Notes: generated from the letters alone by a model not told the origin. Counted from the stretch's first letter, positions 25,701 to 38,974 are shown. The stretch is DNA of 64,000 nucleotides from Nymphaea colorata (GCF_008831285.2 NC_045138.2:22506001-22570000), one strand, 5' to 3'. Made by a program: numbers and translations.

Positions 25701-28700
25701 GGATCAGTAATTTGACAAAACAACAAGAAGGGAATCACATAAAGTGTCATCCCTTAGACTTAGAGTAAAAAATACCTTAAGATTTCCTTCAATCTCATCT
25801 TTGCGATCAAATGCCTCATCAAGTTCAGACTGCCCTCCCATATCTATGCTAAGTTTATCGCGGGCGAGCTTCAACTGCTTGATCTCACGTATTAGTTGTT
25901 TTTCCTCTTTCAAAGGCACAGTTTCATGTTCCAACCTGTGTTGCATAGAGAATATCTGTTCCCAGATCCCACAGATCATTACCACAAAATAAGTTCCATA
26001 GTTTACAAAATTTAGGCAGACAAAAATAACTGAAAAATTAGGGACTATTTTTACCCTCTCATCATACTCTTCAACTGAAGTTGCGGTCTTCATTCTGCTC
26101 ATTACTGATTGAATAGATTCCATTTCCTTACGTTTGGCTTGTTGTGAATCCCTTGCAGCTCTAAGTTCAGATCTTGCTGCCCGTAATTTTTCCCAGATTT
26201 CATGACGCGCTCCCTCAAAACAAGAAAAGTTTATAGTCAATTAGACAATATACCTATGATCATTGATAAGAATGCCAAAGTAGACAGTAATATGAAAATA
26301 TTTACCTGTTTTGAATGCACCAATGCATTTATAGCATCTCTCTTTTGAGTTAGGTCATCGACCTGCAATTGTGCTTGTCTTATTTGTTCCTTGAGCTTGT
26401 TATCAACAGGTCTTGGAATTCTAATAATTGCATACACTGGCTTCCTTCCTGGCTGAGAATCAAGTTTCTGTCCATCTGACGCAGTGCTAGTAGTAGTAGT
26501 TTCGTCAACCAAATGAGATGAAGATGGGGAGCAATTACAAACATCAGCATCAACATTGGAAGCAGTTCCACTAGAATGAGCCCCTTCATCTGACTGTCCG
26601 GACAAGCTGGAAGTGCTGGACCTTTCAGGCTGAGGTGATATACCATTAATAGTAACTGCTCCACCTAAATGAGAGAAGGAACCAAAAATAACAGAGCATT
26701 CAGGAATATATGGCAAGACACCATTTACTTGAACCTCTTCACCTGACTTGTTTGAGGAAACAGCAGAAACAGAATCATGTGGCATGGATATTCTTGCAGT
26801 ATTTTTGTCTATGTTTTTACCAACTTGGGATGATGAAACCAAACTTTCAGCTTCCTCGGGATTGAAAGTTGAACCATCATTGACGTTAGTAGCAACAGAT
26901 ATGTCAGACGGACAGTTGCAGTTACCAACAGGTGATGTGGGCTTCCCTTCATGTAGTTCAGACGAAGAAACAGAAGCAGAACAGGGTAGCATGGTCCCTT
27001 TGCATGCCGATTCCTCAGTGACATTCAAATCTTGTTTTCTCTCTCTTTCCATACGCCGATCCCCTTCTGCATCAACATCTACTGGTTCTTTATCATGGTC
27101 GTCAAGAGAATTAACCACTACATTGCTGGGTGGACCAGATGTAGATGCTGATTCCACCGCAATTGTGCTACCGCTACTCGGGAGAGCTTTTGAGTTATGG
27201 ACCAACTGAGCACGTTCAACATGTTCAGATCCTTCGACGATGAAAGAATTTTCTTCCGCTTCTTTTTCCAACTCGACGGTGAAAGACTTTTCTTGCGATT
27301 CTTTTTCCAACTTAATTTCCAGAGAGCAATCCCGTTTCTCAGAGGCATGATGAGGAACCTTAAAAATTGTCACATCTTCCATATTCTCGTAAAGAGGCTC
27401 TTCAATCTGCTCGCTAATTGGTTTCTCAACATTCAATCCTGGGCCAAGCACGCCGTGCACATGTGTATCACCACCCTGCTCAATTTGATTGTTCTCCTCA
27501 ACCTGTTCTGGCTCCGCTAAATGAGGCTCAAGCATGGATGCGGAAACGTCGTCTGCTGGAACTGATTTACCATCGTCAGCCCCACTAACTTTATCTTCCG
27601 TGAGTACATCTGATTTTAAAACTCCGTCCACGAGATCAAGAGACACAATCTCTTTACTAATGGTGCAATCATCGAGATCCAAATCTCTGGTTTCAGAACG
27701 GGACTCAAAAGTTTCAATGAACTCAGTAGCGTTCGTGGCATCTGGTGGAACGTCTGCATCCAGAATCTCAGGGTCAGCATGAATTTCCTGAACTTCGGCC
27801 GCATGTTCCACAGATTCAATCTCCACCAGTTCACTCTCTTTTCCAACGAAACAGGGAACCCCGACCTCACAGTTTGATTCTTGGTTCACCAGCGAGGATT
27901 TAACGTCCTTCACCTCGTCCATCCCATCGCCAGAATTCTTCCCTCCACTCTCGGAATTTACTACCGTATTGTCGTCTGTGGATACTGAAGATCCGAGATC
28001 CTTTCTCTCCTCTGAACTATAACCAATGATCTCACCATCCGATTCCGCATTCAGACCATGATCTAGAAGGACAGGAGATTCACTCTCTTTCGTATCATCC
28101 AAACTCATTCCCCCGTCTCTAGGATGCGGAATATGATCCACAAGCCCAGGAAGTTCATTACACTTCGTCTCGCTCGCCCGAACCTCAAACTTCTCTTCTA
28201 CCCCCTCATTTTTTGAATCCAAACAAATGTGAGCTGATGCAGGAGACTCATGGTCCTTCCTCTCAAATACTCGATCGTTGGAATTCAAACTGCCATCAAC
28301 GGCATCGGTTTCCAACCCATGTTCCACTGTCAATGAAGATTCAATCACCGTCACTTCATGAACCTGACCATCAGAATTCGAATCCCCTCCTCCTGCATTC
28401 AAGGCTGAAACACGATCTACATGCGTCGCGTCCGCAACCTCACTCACTGCGTCGCCCGCAACATCTGAATTCAGATCTTCACCATCTCCTACCACGCCCT
28501 CAAGCTCCGCATTCTTGATCGGCTCCACCGGGCACTCGGAGATTCGATCACTGTCCACCTTTTCGCCGGAAGCCACAATTTCCGACTGCTCTTGCAGCTC
28601 TTTGTCAACATAAACGTATGAATCGTCCATCAGCTCCTCCTCCTCACCCACAACAATACGGTCACCACCACCGGCAGATTTATGGCCCTCGGTAGACTCC

Positions 28701-28756
28701 CGTTTGCCCTCAAATTCAACTTTACCCGCATCCATCTCGCGAAAATCGGCCGTCAT
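22438..28756 (-). CDS. Proton pump-interactor (PPI/BIP131-like) family protein with long acidic N-terminal extension and C-terminal TM anchor; join(28756-26306, 26213-26055, 25955-25776, 25684-25490, 23686-23588, 23502-22891, 22773-22438), ~1343 aa
   Basis: Seven exons join in frame through GT..AG introns, all phase 0 (2451+159+180+195+99+612+336 nt). Recognised PPI-family motifs: IIRIPRP.D..LKEQI..AQLQVD..TQKRDAI, HETVPLKEEKQLIREIKQLK, VERMMDLWNNNDDFRREY..STLRRLGTPDGRALGPDEE, an E/K/R/A coiled coil, and a basic patch plus hydrophobic tail (RKMQPWMYALLLGGLVTFLFAFM). Confidence 0.9.
22891..23502 (-). CDS. PPI-like coding exon 6 (VERMMDLW...SDRREK)
   Basis: Acceptor ATTCAG| at 23503; donor AAG|GTAGTG at 22890; conserved PPI motif. 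Confidence 0.92.
23588..23686 (-). CDS. PPI-like coding exon 5 (NTLFYQNR...SHCLDQ)
   Basis: Acceptor GTGCAG| at 23687; donor CAG|GTGAAT at 23587. Confidence 0.88.
25490..25684 (-). CDS. PPI-like coding exon 4 (LLEQEFDTIRKE...KQEYEK)
   Basis: Acceptor TATTTAG| at 25685; donor AAA|GTATGT at 25489; open coiled-coil frame absent from the ORF track. Confidence 0.88.
25776..25955 (-). CDS. PPI-like coding exon 3 (IFSMQHRLEHETV...EGNLK)
   Basis: Acceptor AACAG| at 25956; donor AAG|GTATTT at 25775. Confidence 0.9.
26055..26213 (-). CDS. PPI-like coding exon 2 (GARHEIW...EEYDER)
   Basis: Acceptor TTTTGAG| at 26214 is the only nearby in-frame AG; donor AGG|GTAAAA at 26054. Confidence 0.85.
26306..28756 (-). 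CDS. PPI-like coding exon 1 (817 codons, MTADFREMD...LVHSKQ)
   Basis: Lies in ORF 26237..28840; ATG at 28756; donor CAG|GTAAAT at 26305. The start codon is inferred. Confidence 0.85.
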
Positions 28757-29170
28757 ATGAACTCCGCACAGTAGAACGATAACAATGGAGCCCAAAAAGA
28801 AGGACGCAAAAGTAGGGAGAAGCCGGAAAAGAGAAGACACTCGCTAATACGGTAGATCTATCCTATTTGCAAGTGAACAGCCGTTGAAAGCAGCGAACGA
28901 CTCACCGGAGAAGCGAAAACCCCCTAGCCCGCACGGCTCGCAAGAGATCTGATCCAACGGCCGAGACGCCGGGGAGGCGCGATCGCGCAACCAGATCACC
29001 GTCGGAGAAGCCGGATTGAGTCGACGACACGGTTGATCATCCGAAATTCCGGTGGCCGGACGGACGAATCAAGGTAATGGCGAAAGCAGAGAAGCAAATA
29101 GGAGGAGGGTGAGAGGCAGCGGGAAACCGAGGAAATAGAGAACCAGAGAAGGTAAGCCTTCCCTCGCCCC
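28757..29170 (-). promoter_or_regulatory. Probable 5' UTR of the PPI-like gene with a leader intron (28905-28762)
   Basis: GC-rich, CT-rich leader; donor CCG|GTGAGT at 28905; long pyrimidine tract ending in GGAG| at 28762, 5 nt before the ATG. The TSS position is a guess. Confidence 0.55.
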
Positions 29171-31049
29171 GCCTTCTCTCTCTCTCTCCCTGTAACTCAG
29201 TTTTTTTTTTTTTTTTTTTTTTTTTTTTGAAATTTCGTTCGAATTTATTTCATTTGTCTAAATATGGAGTACCAGTACAGACTTGTTTTTACGGTTGTTA
29301 CCGCAATCAAAACTTTTCAAAAAACATGCCTTAAATCGATTCGGCTTTCTAATTGGAAGCAGGAACATACAAATTCTAAAATGTCGCACAAGATAAATTC
29401 CTACTGCAAATGTCTTACTTGTTTTTCCTTTTCCGATCGCATTTCTCTCCTTCTTTCACGGAAAGAGATGTTATCCTTCATTCATTTCTTAAACATATAA
29501 AGCAATTTTTTAAAACAATGTTGCTTGCAAACCTTTCCGAAGTTGATTTCACGCAGAAACATGAATTATTTATTTAATTACAAGTAATAGTAACTAGGAA
29601 TCTCTGCTTTGGTATTCCCATTCCACTCTTAACCACGAGTCTTTCTTTTCAATGAATTGTCGGTGGGGTGCTTCGAATTTTGGTTGGATTTTGGGGGTTT
29701 CTGCGTAATGCGGCAAGCCATGAGGCCCGTGACAAAGCTGGAGGTTTGAACAGTCGAGATGATCTTTTCTTTGCGACCCGTAATTTTATGCTGCTATTGT
29801 GAAAAGAGGCCTTAAGAAGGTAATATATATATATATAGCCCACTTGTTGAAACGGCCGGTTCATGCATTCGGCTGGCTGTAAATAAGCTAAAAAATAGTT
29901 ACATTTTAAATAATATATATATATATATATATAACTAATTAAAAACTTAAATGAATTTGACATATTTAAAAAGAATTAATTAAAAACCAGTACTCTAAAA
30001 CAAGCGAGAGCTTCTTGAAAGCGGCACACTTCAACGAAATAATGCTCATGAAAATCAAACTGATGACGATGCTTTCATCGATTCTTCGATCGAACCAACT
30101 AGACCATGCTTAATTGAATTGAATGGAAGCGAATCTAAGCATTTGCATGATGATGTTTGTTGGTTGTAAAATTTTTTTTGAGATCCAATTTTGTTTTTGT
30201 TTGTGTCGGTTTGGCTTGCAGGTAGGTGGGACTCCTTTACCGCCGCAGAGCAGAGTTTTCATTGGAGTTCGTGGGACCAGCGGCTATCAAGAGCCCCAGT
30301 GCTTATGAGGGTTTCCACGTTCTCCGGCTTTGGGGCGCACACAGCTTTTTCCCACGTTTGGGGACGACGGAAGGAAGGGCATGCGCCAAAAGCCTCTGAA
30401 TCGTGGTCCTCCTCCTCCCCAGCACCGATAACGGATCCACAGGATCAAATCCGAACTCGCGAACCCCGCCCCGCTTCAATTGACGGGTTTTGCACGCGGA
30501 AGCGCGACCAAGTTCGAGAACTCGATCGATCTTGAACTTGGTCGAGCTTCGCGTCGTGGAGTTCCCAAGTTCGTGAAGTTGGTCGCGTTTCAGCATGGTT
30601 TCCCACGGACGCGTGACCCTCGGGGTTGAGGCGGAATTGGCGCATTCACACCATTGACTATGAGATTGTTGGTAGCTTTATGGAGACTCCACAACGTGGG
30701 TTGAGCTCTCTAATTTAATCTCTTTTGCTTATAATGTGAAGTCGATCTCTTAAAAAGAAGGTCAAAGCTTTAAAAGGATATTCAAGAAGAGGAGGGAGCC
30801 CCACATGATTGTTGGATTTGAAATCTCATTAAAAAATTCCCAAAAGAATATCTATGGCCCCGCGTGGATATGGTTTGATTGTTTGGGTTGAGAGAGAGAG
30901 ACTAGGGCGGTTGAACATTTTTTTTTCTCAAATTAGGATGCTTTTGGGATTAGCTCAATCTCGTTAATAACCTTCTTATTGCAAAAAACAAAAGGAGTTA
31001 CAAGGTAATTTTATTGGTATTTGTTCAAGGATGAGAAAAGCGGAGAGAA

Positions 31050-31290
31050 CACCACACATCGGCCACCAATCCGCAACTCTCAACCTAAGTTAACACTCCT
31101 GAATACCATCAGGATAGCGCCCTTCAAGAATCAAACTAAGAACGTGGGCTTACATGTCATTGAGCTCGAACGCTGCACATTATCTACCAATCTGCAACTC
31201 TCACCCCAAGTTAACTCTCCTTAATACCATCAGGATAGTGTCCTTCAAGAATCAAACTAAGAACGTGGGCTTACATGTCAGTCAGCTAGA
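31050..31290 (-). mobile_element. Two tandem 5'-truncated copies (~120-bp period) of the SINE family at 45378
   Basis: aataccatcaggatag...cttcaagaatcaaactaagaacgtgggcttacatgtca occurs twice; its reverse complement matches the units at 45378-46063. Confidence 0.65.
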
Positions 31291-31857
31291 CAGATTTGGT
31301 GCCCGAGAGAAAGTCCTATTATGCACAAAAGCAGTGCTTCATAAAACCATAGTATTAAAAGGTCATGTGCTTGTAAAGCTGACTTCCATTGGTAGCTTTT
31401 GAGGCCAAAATCGTGTTCAACTTACGAAGAGGCAGCCTTTGACAATGTCAGTACCTGTCAGTATTTTCAGAAACATGTTCAACTGTTGAATGTATATTGA
31501 TAAATTAATTCGCAACCATTTGACTAGTACCTCGATGTAACTTAGTCAAATTAATCTAATTTGTAACTGCAAGATGAAGTTTAAATGAGTGAACAAATAA
31601 GAACTCAAACTAATATGCCCGATCACTCTTCCTACAATTTGTTATATTTTAGGTCTCTCATTCTTTCCACCTGACTTACTATTCTTCACCGAATGACTAT
31701 GGTATTATGTTGATACTTTTTTTTCATATATTACAGTATAGCTTAGGAGACATCTCTATTTTTCCTCCGAAAAAAAGAACTTTGGAATTACCATTATCTC
31801 AGTCAGCCTTTAACTATTAGGAAAACTCATCAGAAGGGGATCACCACAATATTATTG

Positions 31858-31858
<1 letters not shown>

Positions 31859-31906
<48 letters not shown>
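31859..31906. repeat. (AT)n microsatellite; others near 16633-16679, 36818-36873 (compound), 62004-62056, and (GA)n 23922-23948
   Basis: Directly visible. Confidence 0.95.
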
Positions 31907-31915
<9 letters not shown>

Positions 31916-32167
31916 AGACACACACACTTACAAAATGAACGAATGGGGTCCTATTCACAGGATATGCGTTACAGAAAGCCGAAAAACAAAGATTCATTTA
32001 CAAAAAAACACAGCCAAAAGGAGCTTCTGCTCTACCACATCCATCCTATGGAGGAGGCCAGTCCCTTTCACAAAAGCCCCATTCCCAAACTCCATTTTTG
32101 CCATTGCCTACAGCCAATAATGCAGCAACTTTCAATGGCATTCCTGATCAGAAAAATGTGATGCAAA

Positions 32168-35100
32168 TGTGAGAAGTCCAAAAGCATATGCCATAAATGC
32201 ATGAGGTGGTGGTGATGTCATGTGACAATTTTTTTTTTAATTTTAATGACCATGCTATGAATGATTTTAATGTTATGGTAAATGGCCATTGCAGTTTTTA
32301 TAACATGTTTTAATGTTTTCTTAAATGTCATGAATGTATTGGAATTCAAGTCATGAGTTATGCCATCCTTATGATGGAGGTTATAGGTCATATTGAGGTC
32401 CTGTAAATAGATGTCAAGTGAGCCAAGTGTAGTGTGTACTAAGATAGAGTTTGTTGGTGTCTGTGAGTTGCTTGAGTGTTGCCTTTCTGCTCAGATACAA
32501 AAATTGTTTACAATTCCATCGTGTACAACATCTGCTAAGTGTTTCTTTTATTATTTCTTTCAACATTGTGATATCAGAGCTTAGGCTCGATCAAGTTGGG
32601 TGTATTCGTTAGGATGCATTTGTATGTCATGCAAATTATTGATGAAGCAAATTTTTTTAAGGTTGTTCGTAAACACCTAGTTGAATTATCTCATCCAATG
32701 ATAGGGATTTGGATAATACTTTCAACCTTTCACACACTTCGGTACATATTTTTAACGAAAAAAATTGTGAATTTTAAAGCATTAAAATAAATACATTTTT
32801 CATATCACAAGATTTTTAGGATTTAGTTGAAAATGATGTGGAAATATCTTCAAATGAAGCAAAGAAAACACACAAAAAGGATGCAAACACTCTCCTTGTT
32901 TTGCAGTAAGTTGTGACTAAAAGCATCATCGCTTACGCCACAACAGCGACCAAGTCAAGTGAAGCTTAGAACACTTTGAAAAAAGCTTATCATGGGGATA
33001 ACAAGGTAATGACAATAAAACTTCAAACTCTACATAGAGAACTTGAGACACTGAAATGAAGGAAAATCAATCTATTTAAATTTTCTTCTCTAGAAATGTC
33101 TATTATTATAAATTAAATGAAACCCTTTAGAGAAACAACAGAAGATAAAAAGGGTAGTAGAGAAAATCTTGCAAAGTTTGTAGTCAAGGTTTGATCATGT
33201 TGTAATGGATATAGAGGAATCTAAGAATATGAATGTTTATTCTACTAATGAATTGATGAGTTCTCTTTTAACACATGAAACCAAGATAAGCATATCATCC
33301 AAAAAAAGAAAAGTTAAGCATGCATTTCAAGCTAAGGCAAAAATTTGTAACAAGAAAAAAGATTGCAAAGGTACATTAGAGAGCAAATATGCAGGTACAC
33401 GAAGAGGCAAAGGTGTATATCATGGTCATGGTCATGGCCATAGGAGATTTGGTGGAGATTAGCAAAATGCTGACAATAGAAGTAATCAAAGGTCAAATTA
33501 TAAGGACAAACAATGTTATTTTTAAAAAAAAAATGGGTTCATCGAAGCAAAGTGCTGGGAGAAGGCAAAAAAACAAGTCAATATTACTAAAAAAAAAAGT
33601 AATCATGGTAGCCTTTTCATTCTCAATTTGGGAGCTAAGCTTGATCATGTGTGGCTTCTAGATAATGGTTGTAATAACCACATAACAAATGAAAAAAAAA
33701 AAAATCTTTTCCACCATATTGATGAGTCTGTGCAAGTATATGTACCATTTTAAAATAACAAACAAATGCAAAGTGAAGGCAAAAAAGCTATTGAAGTTAA
33801 GATTAAATTAGGTAGTAAGAAGTTAATCAATGATGTTTATTATATACCTAGTTTAATTACAATTGATTTACTGTTGAACAATTTCTTAAAAATGGCTATT
33901 ATACCTAATTTTCATTGTAGAACATGTGAAATCAAAAGAAAAATGAGATGGTAAGTCTTTCATTACCGTGAAAATGACTCCAAAAAGAATGGTTCCTCTT
34001 GATTTTTCGCATATATGTGAAGTTGCTTTAGTAATTAATGTTGACAAAGTCTTTCAGTTTTGACATTTAAGATATGGACATTTATGTTATATGGGCTAAA
34101 ATTATTAAGAAAATAAGGACATGGTTTTAGGTTTACCCCACATCACATGTAGTGATGAGATTTGTGAAAGATGCCTATATGAAAAGCAACATTATATGTC
34201 TTTTTCTATCGAAAAGGCATGAAGGGTCAAGAAACCTCTTGAACTAATCCATGCAACTGTGGGCCCATGAAATTCCTCTTTTCTTGAACAGATAGCTTCT
34301 GTTATTTATTAATGATTTTACTCATATGAATTGCATAGATTTTCTTTTACCTAAAAGTCACAAACTCCTGAAAATTTTCAAGAGTTCAAGGTTTTGTTAG
34401 AAAAAGTCAGGAATCATGTCATATGCACATAGATAGAATAGGAGAATTTTTTTACTAATGATTTTGATGCTTTTTACAAAAAGTGGAATTCTCGAACATT
34501 TAACAATAAAGAAGATGTCTTAGTAAAATGGTGTAGCTGAGTGAAAAAATAGAACCATTGTAGAAATGGCTAGAAGCATGTTGAGTGAAAACCATCTTTC
34601 AAATGACTTTTGAGTAGAAGCAATGACTACTGCAATTTATTTTCTTAACATCTCACTAAAAGTAGTTCGCAATCGAACATCTTATGAGACTTGATGGAAA
34701 CACAAACATGATGTAAGCAATTTACAAGTTTTTTGGTGTATTTTCTATGTTTAATTGATTCAAGTGAGCATACTAAGTTGGATAAATAAGTATAAAATGT
34801 ATATTTGTGGAATATTGAGATATTACAAAAGGATATCAATTGTATAACCCTGACACCAAAACCTTAATATTTGACAAAATTTTATTTTTTATAAAAGTAG
34901 TTTTTGAAAATGAGATAATAAAGATGAACATTTGGTCATCGAGAACGACACAAATGAGATAAATGAGTCTAAAAAATGAGATGTATCTCAACCTCCACCA
35001 AGGACATCACTTTCATTGAAAATTCAATATGGGACCAGGATGTTAGATCTACTATGGACAGCGCTAGTCCTCCACGAATGTTTAAAAGAATCGATGATAT

Positions 35101-36000
35101 TTATAATGGTGCACTTGTTTTGATGGTCTCAGAATTGATGCTTGTGAACAACAAAAATGTGACAAATCTATAGAAGAAAAAATCATAGTCATTGAAAGGA
35201 ATGACGCTTAACAACTTGTAGGCCTACCAAATGTCCAAAATGTTATCAGTATTAAATGTGTTTATAAAGTAAAGTATAATGTTGATTGGTGCATGCAAAA
35301 ATACAAAGTAAAACTTATTGTGAAAGGGTATGCTCAAGAATATGGGTTAGATTTTTATCCCTACTGCACGTTTGAAACTGTTAGAATTATTTTTGTTATT
35401 AGCATATGAAATGGTCAATTTTTTAATTTGATGTATAGTCAACATTCTTTAATGGATTTTAAGAAAAACAAACTTATGTTTGCCAACCACAAGAATTTGT
35501 TACTAATGGACAAGAGGAAAAGATGTACATGACCTTGACACAAGATATTAGACACATATTTTACAATGATTTTTACAAAAGTGAAAGTGAACCCACATTA
35601 TGTGTGAAGAAAACATATAATGATGTTCTAATAGTATGTGCCTATGTAGATGATGTCAATGATATATGTTCATCTAGTAGTCTCACTAAAAAGACATGCA
35701 TGATGTGTGAATTCGAAATGTCAGATGTCAGATCTGAGATTATTCCTTTATTTTCTTAGACCTCAAATTAAACAGACTAATGATGATATTTTTATTTGTA
35801 GTAAAAAAAAAAAAACAACTGTGGCTCTATTATCTTATAAAGTAGAATATGTTGTTGCAACTGCAACTGCATGTCAAGCTATTGGATTCGAAGAATTTTT
35901 GTAGACTTGCAAAATAAAAAACTCAAGGCAACATAAGCATTTTGTGACAAACCGATATTTGATGAAGAACTAAGCATAATAAAGGACCATGTGTAATGAA
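32168..36000 (+). mobile_element. Degenerate Ty1/copia retrotransposon (same lineage as 14437), no 3' LTR seen
   Basis: LTR TGTGAG..CAACA at 32168-32565; PBS TGATATCAGAGC at 32569-32580. gag, protease (WLLDNGCNNH), integrase, RT (YVDD at ~35644), and RNase H (TVALLS..VEYVVAT..ACQAI) after an internal deletion. Confidence 0.88.
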
Positions 36001-36521
36001 TTAAAATATCCAAAATGCTGCTAATGAGTAAATGGAGGTTTTCTGTCTTAGAACATAACGCAGAAATCGTTTTGGGGTGAGAGGGGGGACCGGAGCAAGT
36101 GATATTATGCCTCATAACAAGGGACCACTGTTATGGGATGGAAAAGACAAAAAATACCCTTATTAGCTTAATAGAAGACTCTCCCTACAAGAGCAAAAAT
36201 GATGCAGATCAAAAAAAATGCCCTTAAAAAACGGTCACTATATAGTGTCGGTAAAAACCATCCCAAAATATATCTGGGATGACACTTTCCTGGCCTCAGT
36301 TTTTATTGACGGAATGTACTTTTTTGCAATGGTTTTTGCATCACAAAATTTAAAAATGTCATCCGGCAACAAAGGTGGCTGGCTGTTTTCAATTTATATA
36401 TGTGCGCGTTAGTGTGTGCTTTCATATTGTATTTAGACACAGTTTTTAAGAAGCATTCAGCAAATTTCAATCATTCGTAGAGAAAGAGGGAGAGAGAGAG
36501 AGAGAGAAGAAGAAGAAGAAG

Positions 36522-36814
36522 AATTGAAACCAACCGGCTGCCGGATGTTAGTAGATGACACAATATTTAAAAATCATCGTCAAAAACACCAATGCAATGG
36601 AAGAACAAACAATGCCTTATGGTAAAAGAACAGTTTATACTGTTTATGACAAAATATTTAAAAATCATCGTTAAAAACGCCAATGCGATAGAAGAACAAA
36701 CAATGGCTTATGGTAAAATAACAGTTTATACTGTTTTTAGAGACAGTTTATGTTGCATTTACTTTCAGCTAGCTTTTAAAAAATTAGCAATTTGACAACA
36801 TCTGACAGCCATTT

Positions 36815-36819
<5 letters not shown>
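36522..36819. mobile_element. MITE with internal 91-bp tandem duplication
   Basis: Imperfect TIRs attgaaa..ggctgccggatgtt / aacatctgacagccatttcaat; repeat units at 36555 and 36646. Confidence 0.55.
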
Positions 36820-36860
<41 letters not shown>

Positions 36861-38974
36861 GTGTGTGTGTGTGTAGGTCTGCATACGAGCCTAGTCAAGG
36901 TCGATAGAATGAGCTAAAGCTTGACTCGACAATACAACATCAAGCTCGAACTCAGCTTGTTTAACACATTTAATTAAGCGTGTCTCATTTCTTTTAACTA
37001 TTTTAACTCGTTAATTTGTCTCATTTAACTATTTTTTCATTATAATTCAACATTTATCATGTACTTCAGCTGTGTTGAGTTTAAACAAGTCGAGTTCTTA
37101 AAACTCAAACTTGACTTGTTTAACCTTTCGTGCATACATTTGAATTCGAGCTTGATTCGTTCATAAACGACTTGAGCTTGTATCAAGTTTTGATGAGCGA
37201 GTTTGAGTCAAGTTCTAGCTGGCTCGACTCATTGTGCAGCCTATGTGAAAAATCAAAGGAAGTAAACCTACTATTTATCCTCTTGAAATTGCTGATTGCA
37301 TGTGCAAAACAAGTAGGTAAAATGACACTAGGAAAGCAAGGATCAGAATTTTGTCATCAACCGTCAGTCCTGCTTTTATAATACTTGGATCTAAGATCAG
37401 GCTCAAACTGATTTTTTTAAAAAATTAATATCTCCTAATTTAAAAAAATTTAAGCAATAGAGGGATATGCCAATTGAAGACAGGGATTACTACTACTGGT
37501 GCGAACTCTGATGCTAAATAAAAGCCCTTGAAGGGAGCATCATTAATGATATCAGAAACTAAAGTACCAACCAACCTCTTAGCATCTTAGATAAGGGAAA
37601 ACCAGCCGTGAAAACAGGTGCTAAATATATTAAGAGCATGTGTGGTAACACTAACAAATTGTTACTGTCGATCTACTATAAAGATTGAGGCAGATTCATG
37701 GACTATGGCAACATAGTATCCTATGAATGTGCTCTAATCTTTGGGGCTGACTCATAGAACAGCAACAGCTTGTCACTGATGCCAAACGGACCTTTGGTTG
37801 TTTGGCAAACGTTACACTTTGTGTGTGTTTTATGAATCTGTCTTAAAATTTATAGGGCAGATTCATGGATATCTAATTCTTTCATTAATTTATTTCAATC
37901 TTTGGGACAGATTCATAAAACAGTCACATAGTGTTCCAATTGCAAAATGACCTCTTCAGTTAACGCATTATCAATGTTCCATGAATCTACTCTAAAAAAA
38001 AATAGGCACACTCATAAAACATTTTTTTATTGAAGTGTCCGATGAATTTAATCAACTTTTGAGTTTAGCGTGTGGGCTCAATAACATAATGTTACTGTTA
38101 CTAAACAGCCCATAAAGGTACGACGACTAGGTCCAATTAATTACGCGTGGCCAGACTTTGGCTTGGTCAACTTTTTCTTCTTTTCTTGGTCAGGATGGAA
38201 TTGGCGTAAGAAGGGTTGAGTAGATGAACTGTTCACAACAAAACACGCCGCGTCTCCAACTCCCCAACAGCTAATAAGCATCACATGTGGTGTGATGCAA
38301 GCATTTAGACAAGTCAATTGAATAGGTTGGTTGAGCTAAACTCCAAGCCCCTCTAGAAAGGAGGGCAAGCGGTTTTAAAAAATGCTAAAATTGGACTCCC
38401 ACTGGTTTACTTTTCAAACCGCATCCAAAATGCAAACCCAATTATCACAAAAAAACAAACTTTTTTTTTTTTTTTTGCCAACGGCAAAACTCCAAAGCTC
38501 AATAGCAAGAAGCAAAATTTTTAAAAAATAAATAAAATTTTTATATTAATGCCATTCAACTAGGTTTTTTTGGCTTCGCCTCACCGTAAAGCAGCTTGTG
38601 ATCACCCTATACTTGGCCAATTGAAAGTTATTTTTACATATAGTAAAGATAAAGAAGCAAACAAAGCCTTATATGGGCTTTTGATCGGTCGATGCAAGAT
38701 GAGGATATATATACATACAGCTGTATCCTCAAGTCCTAAGGAGATAAGCACAACCAATCAATCATGTTCAAGGTCAAAAGTGGCAACAAAAAATCATTTG
38801 GTAGCCAAATGCGTACATTTAGGTAAGCTTGTCAAGAAGTAGGATTCACATCAAATGTAGCCATCATTTTTTCTGATTATTATTTGGATTTCCATGGGGC
38901 ATCCGATTCATATCTGAATGTAAAAGCTACAAAACATTATATGTTTTTTGTCGTATATAATAATGTTAAAATCG

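Noticed and set aside
22478..28518. Plus-strand and alternative-frame ORFs over the PPI gene
   Set aside because: Antisense or off-frame shadows of the real CDS.
28757..28840. Signal-peptide-like N-terminus in ORF 26237..28840
   Set aside because: It has a non-ATG start and corresponds to the pyrimidine tract of the probable leader intron.
30505..30545. miR396-like sequence (TCTTGAACTT)
   Set aside because: Only 10 nt match, and the 5' TTCCACAGCTT part is absent.
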